Positions 53,623 to 64,000 of a stretch of 64,000 nucleotides of DNA are shown in pieces. A model generated the notes under the pieces. It did not search any database and was not told the origin of the DNA. It saw nothing but the letters and a program-made list of their open reading frames with translations. A program made the position numbers and the translations under genes. This DNA is from Octopus vulgaris. Lineage: Eukaryota. The first letter of the stretch is position 1; every line of letters begins with the position of its first letter. The stretch is from contig OX597833.1 of NCBI GenBank assembly GCA_951406725.2, positions 63,736,001 to 63,800,000 of the forward strand. Direction: 5' to 3'.

Positions 53623-53829
53623 TTAAAGGGCACAGACACCATCACCATGAAAATAGAAATAAAACATTAGACGTCATAGTCCTCCGTAGCCCGAATAATA
53701 GATAGGATAGTCACGGCTGGAATGCTTTTTAACATTGGTCTGCCCAATTAAGTTCGAAGTGGGAATGAAGAACAAAAAACATGAAAAAAAAAATAACAAC
53801 GAAAGGGTTGAATGGAGAAACGCACGAAC

Positions 53830-54330
53830 GTTCTACCCTTTGTCTGAAAATGCGGAGATTAAGGCAGGAAATCGTTGCTTTGCCCTAACAGAAAACATTT
53901 TATAAAAACCTTTATCATAGGCAAATATTTGATAGGATTTCTGTGAAAGTTGGCTATTATTGCGGTGCCAACATGAAAAGTTAATCTCAAGTAGACCCAC
54001 CAAACAGATTCTTTGAGAAATCGCTTGCAGAAGTCAACTTCGTGGTCTCTAGATCTGATATGGAAGATCAAGTCGGAAATGCACGGAGCCAAAGTCACCA
54101 AATAATATGCTCGATGAGAAAAAATGTATTTGTATGCAAGAGGGTGACTTGGAGACAGGATTTGAACCTCGCATGTTCTCATTCAAGGACGCTCACAAAA
54201 GAAATAAGTCTGAACTAGTAAGTCACATCAGATAAAGACTTTATTTACACCACCAACCACATGGAGGGTCCTCTAGAGATCAAAGCTACATGCGTATAAA
54301 GCAAAGAGCCTTTGTATAGCAAAAATAACA
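53830..54330 (+). pseudogene. Decayed PLE linker and GIY-YIG fragment
   Basis: Frameshifted FYPLSENAEIKAGNRCFAL / KHF / QIFDRISVKVGYYCGANMKS / SFKDAHKRNKSELVSHI / TTWRVL matches the PLE pattern FNPPYS.NV.TNIG..FL.L.DKHF..KIFNR..VK.SYSC..N..TELS.HIW..W.IL. Confidence 0.55.
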
Positions 54331-55080
54331 CACCCTGCTAAAGTGGTACAGATAGGACAGCTGTTGAAGTTTTGATAGAGGTATTTATCAAGACAAGTTA
54401 ATCTTATCTAACTTGAAAAAAAAAGAAAAAAAGCATCCTGTTACGGTATGACCACCCCACAAATTTTCCAGGCCAGCTTTTGATTTGCACACAAAATCTG
54501 CACACTAAACCAAATTCGTGCACATTTGTAATCTGCAAGTCTACGTTTCTTCACGTAAATCTGTCTCCACTTCTGGATGTTTCAAGAAACCACCATCACT
54601 GAATGCCACTATCGCACATTTTCTTAACTAATCATGCAAATGCTCTCTCGTAAAATAAACAAAAACTTAGATAAGTTCGACGCAACATAATATTCTTTAA
54701 AAAAACTTATTTCCTTCTATTTAATGAACATGTTCTTTGTTTTCTATTGCTGGCGATCAAACAAAGTAACTTACGTTTCAAAAATATTGATTTCCTGTCG
54801 CTTCGAAACGAAGAATACATTCACATTCTAGCAATGTTTTCCCTGAAAACATTTCGTCCTAATTGTAACCATTTTGGTTGTTAAATTGCTGGAATAAGAC
54901 TAAGCAACAGTTCGATGTACGCTAAGCCAGATAGATTTTACTTAACAGGAAACTTAAGTACTTTGTTGCTCAAATGCGTCGTCCATTTTAATTTGCTGAA
55001 CCTAATAAGCAAACGATGCACTTAATAACATAAACACGCATGCATGTGTGTGTACGCGCACGCACACACAGACACACAAA

Positions 55081-55133
<53 letters not shown>

Positions 55134-55249
55134 ATTCACACACACACATACCCACAAGGCCAGGAAAAATTAATTATACGTGTTATCCACATTAATAGAG
55201 AGAATGAAATGAAAAATGTGATGAAATGATGTATAGAAAATTTAGAAAA

Positions 55250-55545
55250 TACTGTAATTCCTCGACTATCGCGGGTGTTACGTTCCTCACCCCGCGATAG
55301 GTGAAATTCCGCGAAGTAGAAACAGTACTGTACTGTATATATTTGTTATCAGTTTTATAATTTGTATATATTTATTTTACTATAAATGCAAACCAACACC
55401 ACGCACTCGCCTCCCGAGTTTCGATTTCCATACAATTTGTGCGACTCTTTGTTTACTCATCCGCGGTACATTACGTATTTTCTTTTAATATATTTTATTT
55501 AATGTGTTATACAGTGCAAGACTGTACTGTACTTTTATTTATTAA
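55250..55545. mobile_element. pogo/Tigger-like transposon end
   Basis: TA|ctgtaattcctcgactatcgcggg..cccgcgatagg..ccgcgaagtag terminus with a subterminal hairpin. Confidence 0.55.
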
Positions 55546-55579
55546 TCTATTCATGTTTAGTCGCGAAAATTCTTATTTT

Positions 55580-55884
55580 ACCGGACTATTGCTATAGTAA
55601 CGAAGCACGCAGAGTGAAGCCGCGTGGTACAAATTTACATTGAACTCTGGTGTACGTGCACACTATGTTTTATCTTCCACTGTTAACAGCAGCGCTGAGA
55701 AGTAACGTGTGTAGCGTGTGATCGTCGCTTTGAGCATGATAGACAAAAGTTGAACAGAGAATCTGCATCAAATTTTGCCAAAAGCTTGGCGATACCTGCT
55801 CAGAGGCCTACGCAAAGTTGGAGAAAGTCTATGGAGAGGAGTGTATGAGCCGCACACGAGTGTACGAGTGGTTCAGACGGTTCC
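55580..55884 (+). mobile_element. Mariner 5' fragment (same family as 47839)
   Basis: EQRICIKFCQKLGDTCSEAYAKLEKVYGEECMSRTRVYEWFRRF. Confidence 0.88.
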
Positions 55885-56017
55885 GGGCTGCCTAAAAGTT
55901 CCTGGCTTTGGGTAAAAGAAAATATAAGAAGATCAATTGAATATAATTTTATTCAATATATTCTCTCTCTCAGATTAACATACTTATTGCAGCAGCCCTT
56001 CAGTTTTGTAAGCCCTG

Positions 56018-56071
<54 letters not shown>

Positions 56072-56142
56072 CGGAAGGTCAGGCCGCCAACTTAACCTTT
56101 TGCAATACCCCTAAAGCCAAGAACTTTTTACCCCACCTCTTA
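55885..56142. mobile_element. Mariner-type MITE with internal (AAT)n
   Basis: Imperfect TIRs ..aaaagttcctggcttt and aaagccaagaactttt.., ending at TA. Confidence 0.65.
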
Positions 56143-56333
56143 TATATATATATATATAAATTAAAATATATATATAAATTAAAAACAGAACACGAAGGAT
56201 ATCGCGGTACACGTGTTTCAAGCTATATAAACAATCCGTTATTACCTCAATGTACTTTTGATATAAAAGATGGTTTAAAGCTCTCATATACAGGTGCTTA
56301 CACTTATCAAAGATTCACTCTAAATTTACAGTA

Positions 56334-56423
<90 letters not shown>

Positions 56424-56899
56424 CACATACATTCATAAAAGGAAAAGTAGCAGACGATACCAGTTAGGAAATGGCAAAGGATTTTTATGGAATATTATAT
56501 ATTGATATTTTCTTAGTATCTTTTTATGTGTATTACTTCTTTATTGTTATCCTTCTTATCTTCCATACTTTGCTGTCATTACTTATTCATTTGATACACT
56601 TCTTAAGTACAGATTTGTTAATTTATTATGTTTATATTATATTTTACGATCTTTTTTTTTAAGCTTTCAATATTACAGATACGTTTATTTTTTTTTTTTG
56701 CTTTTGTAAGTTTTTGTTTTGAATTTACATATTTTTTTTTGGTACAATTCTTTATTGGAAGAAGCATCTCGTTCATTTGTTAATCAATTTTCTAAAGAAG
56801 TCTATATTCAATTTCATATTCCGTTTTTAATTTTATCATTCTTCTTCTGTCTCACACTCTCTCACCCTCTGTCTTCATCCTTCTCTCTCACGTTTTCTC

Positions 56900-56941
<42 letters not shown>

Positions 56942-56948
56942 TATATAC

Positions 56949-57075
<127 letters not shown>

Positions 57076-57079
57076 GTAT

Positions 57080-57121
<42 letters not shown>

Positions 57122-57158
57122 GCAGAGAAAACGTGAGAGAGAAGGATGAAGACAGAGG

Positions 57159-57197
<39 letters not shown>

Positions 57198-57710
57198 TAT
57201 ATATATATGCATATATATATACATATATTTATACACACATGTATATATGTATGTATGTATTTGTATATATATGTGTGTGCGTGCGTATATACATATATGC
57301 ATATATGTTTCGCATATATATATATGTATATGTGTATATATATATATATAAGTATGTATATTGAGAAATGTATATATTGGTACATTCCCCCCCCCCCACA
57401 TATATATATAAATATATATGTATGTGTGTGTATGTATATACGCAGGTATATGGGTAAATGCCTATATTGATACATTCTCTCACATGTGTATGTACACATA
57501 TGCACTCACGCACACACACGCATACACACACACACACACACACATATGCAAACACACACCATTTCTGTTGAAAATAAATATTTTCAGACAGTTGACCTCT
57601 TTTTATCTGCTTAAAATTATTGTTAGAAATATTTTTTTCTTTTGTTTGTTTATGTCTTAGATTATTCGCTAATCAACCGCATATATAAAATGTTTTTTTT
57701 CTAATAGGTA

Positions 57711-57761
<51 letters not shown>

Positions 57762-58119
57762 GACGATCAGACACAAATATATCGTACATTTAAACTGCAT
57801 TTTCCTCTATACGCTGAAGCAACGCTAAGTCAGATTCTAGCTTGTCCTTAAATAATTTCTCATAGTAATTCTTTCTCTAAAACGGATTATTTTCGCTCAT
57901 TTTGTGAGAATATTGTACAGTCGTAGCCGAAGGAATAGTTGGGTGTTCTTTCAGTACCATATTTCTGTTGAAATACACCGCGTTTTTATTAATTGATGAG
58001 GTGTTTGGAACGCAAATTAAGATGTCGGAACATAACACGAAATTTTGGTGGAAGATTGAAATTTAGATCACATTCAATCAGGGAATTTGTATCACAAAAA
58101 CCTCTGTAACTCTGTCCCA

Positions 58120-59130
58120 GCTGCTGGCCCATTTGGTGTTTAAGGGAATATGATCCCGCTGCCCTCGTCTGCACCACATGTCGGGCTGTTAGTTCATCCG
58201 CCATTGTGGAGAGGAAGGTGTCTAATTCTTTTTTGAAGACATCTGCTTCCACCTTACGCAGATTTCTTAATTTTTGTAGCAGAGCATTGAGGAACCATTG
58301 GCCTTTGAATCCTAGACTATTGCAGTACCTGGCCCTGAATTTAGATGGAGTGGATGGTACCTTTGGTACACAGATAGTTCTGGCATTTGAATAATATCCA
58401 ATGCTGATAAGGCGGCGAGCTGGCAGAAACGTTAGCACGCCGGGCGAAATGCTTTGCCATATTTCGTCTGCCGTTACGTTTTGAGTTCAAATTCCGCCGA
58501 GGTCGACTTTGCCTTTCATCCTTTCGGGATCGATAAATTAAGTACCAGTTACGCACTGGGGTCGATGTAATCGTCTTAATCCCTTTGTCTGTCATTGTCC
58601 ACCGGCCGACATCCTTAGCGGTATTTCGTCTACCTTTACGTTCTGACTTCAAATTCCGCCGAGGTCGACTTTGCCTTTCATCCTTTCGGGATCGATAAAT
58701 TAAGTACCAGTTACGCACTGGGGTCGATGTAATCGTCTTAATCCCTTTGTCTGTCCTTGTCCACCGGGCGACATCCTTAGCGGTATTTCGTCAACCTTTA
58801 CGTTCTGACTTCGAATTCCGCCGAGGTCGACTTTGCCTTTCATCCTTTCGGGGTCGATAACTTAACTACGCACTGGGGTCGATGTAATCGTCTTAATCCC
58901 TTTGTCTGTCCTTGTTTGTCCCCTCTATGTTTAGCCCCATGTGGGCAATAAAGAAATATTCAATGCCGATATTAGGTTCTAACCCTTCTAGAATTTTCCA
59001 TAGTGTAGATTCTGGAATATCTCTCACGCCTTCGCTCCTGGGAGTAAAACTGAATTTTTCTCAGCCTATCCCGCAGTTTATCTTCTGTAATGATTCAATC
59101 TTTATAGTGTAGTGGCATACACACCTAGAA
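58120..59130 (-). mobile_element. 3' end of a CR1/L2-like LINE ORF2, split by a SINE B multimer
   Basis: ERRRERY..KILEGLEPNIGIEY | ..CNSLGFKG..LRNL..VFKKELDTFL..RAAGSYSL; the insert is bounded by a 17-bp TSD (58393-58409 and 58955-58971, 2 mismatches). Confidence 0.8.
58411..58956 (+). mobile_element. SINE family B trimer (162-bp period)
   Basis: gtatttcgtc at 58621 and 58783; TSD as above. Confidence 0.92.
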
Positions 59131-59459
59131 AAATACATATACATTAAAGAACCAATCCGTATATGGCAAGAAATATATAAATAATAGATGGGAAGCTAAA
59201 TGCTTAAATAAGTATGTAAACAAAGATGTCTTCCATTGCGGAGGAATGTGCAGTGTAAAGAAGGTCAAAGGTTAAAGGTTACGGAATAACCTTTCCTCTG
59301 ATCTTTGAAAGAAATGCCATAGCAAATAGTTTCCAAAGAATGAGTTATAAGGCAATATCCGAATATGACACTTCGAAATTGGTTCAGTCAAACGCCAGGC
59401 CATACACACACGCATACATATATATGCACGTACATATACATATACATATATGTATGTAC

Positions 59460-59550
<91 letters not shown>

Positions 59551-59796
59551 TAGATAGATAGATAGGTATAGATATAGTTATGTATATATATATATATATA
59601 TATAAATATATATGTGTATATATAAGGGGTTATATATATATATATAATTATATATCTATGTATATATATATGTATATACATGTGTGTATATACATGTGTA
59701 TATATGCATATGCATGTGTGTGTGTGTACATATACGCTATGTTTGTATCGCAATTTGCAGATGCATTACATTGTATTGTATATGTGTTTATAATTA

Positions 59797-59896
<100 letters not shown>

Positions 59897-60074
59897 CATA
59901 ATGATTGTGTTTGGATTAGACATATTCGGTTTCGGAAAGGAACATCTTTAGAATTGGATCATTTATATTTTAATATTTAGAATCTGACCTACGATGTTCG
60001 TTCTTGAACTACCAATTCATATAAATATCCATCGATTTGTTCACAGTTATATATATATGTGTGCATTATATATA

Positions 60075-60145
<71 letters not shown>

Positions 60146-60149
60146 ATGT

Positions 60150-62509
60150 AATGTGTCTTGAATGGCACAACAATGCCAGAGTGGACTATAATAACTGTTA
60201 TAATTTAATTATCCATAATTTGATATAATAATATTTCGGAATACGAAAATTCCTTCTTCAGATATCCTTAGGAACTGATCGAGTCACTGCTATAATCGGT
60301 TTTCCAACGGTATTTTCTCCCCTAGAAGCGTCTCTGCAGTGGCCTCACAAAGTTCCTTCCGGAATTCCTCATGAGAAGTACGTGAGGGCGGTCATGTATT
60401 AAGCTCGTGTGTACTGGCCCGTCTGTAGCGCTGCTTCTAATGTATGAATTATACGTGAAGTTTCTTGTTTCTGTTTTTTTGATAAATAACACATGAGTAT
60501 GTGATCAAAAATGAACTGAAACGCATCCAGATGTAGCTAAATAATATATTGTCTGCCAACCTCCAGCCTGTTGTTAATTTGGGGCCCTAGTCTGTGTATG
60601 AGTATAGCTTCCTTAATTCTTAAATAATCCAAATTTATTTCATTGGCCTCAATTGTAACTGTTATGCTTTTGTCGGTGTTCCGGCATCTGTCTAGATGTT
60701 TTCTAAAAGAGGCGGCTCTCGTGTTCAGATGTTCTTTGATGCGAATGGGTAACGGTCTTGTTGTGCTACCCACATAGAACTTGTTGCATTTGTTACACTG
60801 TATTCTATACACAACATTTACCCGTTGGCATAAATCTGTGTCGCGGATGGGGCAGTTTGCTAGTGTGCATTGATGGCTGTCCTTGCTCGTTTCTTTGAGA
60901 GGTGTCTTCTCTGAGAGGGGCCAGAGTGGGCTAGTTGTATGTCTAGTCCTTCTCTTCTTATGGACCCTCGGATGACTGTAGTTATCCTCTCCCTTAAATG
61001 GGGTATTTCAAGGAAGCATGTATTGCTGGGCTTTCTGTGTGTTCGACGTGTTTGTCGTCTTGGGTACTGAAGACGATCTACAATGGATATAGGGTACCCG
61101 TTGGTTTTCAATACCTCTACGAAGTGTGTAGCGTGGGTCACCGTGTCCTCTGTCCTTCTGCACTTGCTCTGGATGCGTGCAAGTTCATTTCTGACGTATC
61201 TTATTTTGACACCGAGTGGAAGTGCTAAACTATACTGAACAAGCATATCTCTACTGGCTGCTTTTCTGTAGAACTCGGTGTGGATCTCTCCTTCCGTTAT
61301 TTTCATTTGGAAAGTCAAGTAGGGATAGCGATCCAGTGTTGTCGGGATGTTCTATAGTGAACTGTATGTTCATGTTCATGTTACTGCACGTCATGAATAT
61401 TCTGTCAGCCCCTTCACGGGAGGATGTAAGCATGATAATGTCATCTATGTACCTGGGGAAGAAGGCACATAAGCGGCAGATATTGAGTGCTCGACGTTCC
61501 AGATGGTTCATATAGAAGATGACTAGTAGGCCTGAGAGACTGGATCCCATGGGGAGACCTGTTGTCTGTTTGTATATGTGATTATGGAAAGAGAAGTAGG
61601 TGTTGTCCACGATGATGGACAATAGTTGATGTATATCAGCTGCGGCGAGTCCGAAGCAGTGGATGTCGGACGCTACTATGCAGTTAGTCAATAGGTTGAC
61701 CACCGAGGGTGCTGGTACCCTTGTGTACATTAAGACAACCTCAAGACTAAATGCATATCTGTTTTGCCTGAATTGGTCTCATGGCAGTTGGTGCAGTGTT
61801 TTGATGACTTCGTCGGAGTTCTTGACGTGTCCAGGAAAGGTGGAGAGTATGGGTTTCAGGATGTGAGGAAGTAGCCAGGATATTTTATACAGAGGTCTTT
61901 CCAGGTTGGAGACGATGGGTCTAACCTGGATCGTATTGCTATCCTTGTGTGTTTTAATGAGGCGATAGAATGTGGGTAATCTACTGTTTTTTTGCGATGA
62001 GGTTGTTCTTGTATTTGCTATGTAGTTATCACCGTCTACAAATGCCAGTGCATGCGGTGTTAACTCGGTCCTTAATCCTGGTCGCAGTAATATCTGTCAC
62101 TTCAGAACATAACCTATCATTGCTTAAATATTCTAGTGCCAGTCTATCATATATTTCACAAGAAATCACGCAAATTTCTCTCCCTTTATCTAATGGTAAG
62201 TAGACAAAGTTTTCATTTTGTCAGTGTTTTATGTTGCGCCTTGGTTAAGTTTGGTATTATTTTCGATATCTTCCTCAAGATGTCGGAGATAGACTGCTTC
62301 AATCTGGATAGGTTGTGGTTGAGTTCTTGGTTGGTTGGGGCTGGGTGGAGTGGGTGGTCTAGTTGGTACGTGGTAAATTTGCCGAGTGTTTTCTTGTTCT
62401 TCTTTATCACTGATAGCCATTTGAGTTGGTAGGCTGTTCGACAAAAGTAGGCTTCCAGTTCGAATAAGATTTTCTCGTTCGGTTGCGGGCTCAGGTAAAT
62501 TTAGGGCCC

Positions 62510-62510
<1 letters not shown>
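60150..62510 (-). mobile_element. Penelope-like retroelement, 5'-truncated and frameshifted (RT, GIY-YIG, pLTR), flanked by (TA)n on both sides
   Basis: In order: PNLTKAQ, LPLDKG, FYRLIKTHK..VRPIVS, HVKNS, MYTRVP, YKQTTGLPMGSSLSG, RYIDD, FYRK, VVYRIQCNKCNKFYVGSTTRPL.IRIKEH, KEAILI..P.INNR; stop at 60537. Confidence 0.95.
60222..60266 (-). ncRNA. Minimal type I hammerhead ribozyme in PLE pLTR
   Basis: GAUAU-CUGAAGA-A-GGAAU(UUUCGU)AUUCC-GAAA-U(AUU)A-UU/AUAUC; 5-bp stems I and II; ~270 nt downstream of the ORF stop. Confidence 0.78.
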
Positions 62511-62547
<37 letters not shown>

Positions 62548-62856
62548 TGTGTGTATATATATATATATATGTACACAGACACACACACACACACAAACAC
62601 ACACACACGCACGCACACATACACACGCACGCCCAGCGACAGACAGACATATTGACACACATATTTATATATACATATATGTTTATATATAGATGTATAT
62701 ATTTATATATGTATACATATATGATTATACATACATATACATGCATTCATTCGAATCTTGTTATATATTCATACGTGTGTGCTGTTGCATACATGTAGGC
62801 ACACACACACACACACATACATACACACGCACACACACACACCCATATACGTACAT

Positions 62857-62891
<35 letters not shown>

Positions 62892-63514
62892 CAGACATAA
62901 ATGCATACATTTGTACATGCATACATGTATATATCCATGCATATATGCATATGCACATGCACGTATTTATATACACCAACACATTCATACATATGCACGT
63001 ATATATATATATATATATATATGACAAAAGCTTAAAAGGACGAACTCTACCACTCTATATAATTATCTGATTTCCTTGTAGACTTTTGGTTATGTCACTT
63101 TAATGTCGTCCATTTGCCGGCATTGTTAGTGTGTCACGTGATGTTTGAAATAAGCCAGGCATGCTCAGAAGTCATATTATTACGTCTCAGTATATAACTG
63201 ATATTTAACGCAACATTACTGCGTAAACTGTTCGATCGATATATCGTAGAACAGACCTTTTTCTTACACTTTCTATTGCAATACACAGACGCAGACGGAC
63301 AGGCCCACATCCACAAGCACACGATACCAATAACTGTGTGTATGTGTGAGTGTATATATATATATATATATATATATATGGTAAAAACGGTAAGATAACA
63401 AAAGAAAGAAAGAGACCTCAATAACAGAAGAGATGGTGTTGTGGATTTCCACTTCGGCATCTGAAACTCAGAGTTTTATCTTGACTATTGAATAATGGTA
63501 ACATATTAATTTAC

Positions 63515-63557
<43 letters not shown>

Positions 63558-63956
63558 CATACATACATACATACATACATACATACATACATACATACAT
63601 ACATACATACATACATACATACATACATACATACATACATACATACGTATGCATATATATATAAGGTAGAGGTGGAAATAGCAGAGAAGTAGATCTAAGA
63701 CATTTCGATTTATGAAGAAATTAAATAAAATGATTTAAAAATTATATAAAGAAAACATTACCAGCTTCGATGATGAAACTCATCTTATCAAATAATGTCT
63801 TCTTTCTATAAATTTTAAATCATTTTAGCATTTTATTAAATTCCTTCTTAAATTGAAATGCTTTAGATTTGCTTCTGTGCTATTTTCTCCTCGTATTTTA
63901 TATATAGAAGTTTGATTTGTATAGATCTCTAATCTTTAATCTTTAATCTTTTTTCA

Positions 63957-64000
<44 letters not shown>

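Noticed and set aside
56205-56295. Minus-strand GAAA-CACGUG-UA with a long stem II-like pairing
   Set aside because: No intact CUGANGA and no stem I partner; at best a dead HHR remnant.

Overview
Eukaryotic, gene-poor, repeat-saturated DNA. The microsatellite load and the tRNA-derived SINE families point to a coleoid cephalopod (octopus-like) intron or intergenic region; the taxon is an inference. I find no intact protein-coding gene: almost all ORFs in the track are translated microsatellites or SINE internals. The window holds three abundant SINE families (here A, B, C), an (AAT)n-embedded ~440-bp element (D), and decayed fragments of Tx1/L1, R4/Dong, CR1/L2-like and RTE-like LINEs. It also holds mariner, pogo and Helitron pieces and at least three Penelope-like elements (PLEs), one with RT plus GIY-YIG at 60.2-62.5 kb. 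The most notable signal is about ten hammerhead-ribozyme (HHR) motifs read by eye from at least six unrelated sequence families. Two lie in the 3' pseudo-LTRs of recognisable PLEs; most of the rest sit in short non-coding units ending at (TA)n tracts. Two units form perfect back-to-back palindromes (211-bp and 72-bp arms), and one has the compensatory U3-A8 core. Other oddities are fold-back duplications at (TA)n tracts, SINE composites with permuted target-site duplications (TSDs), and SINE multimers with a fixed junction. All folds and alignments were done by eye and need computational confirmation.
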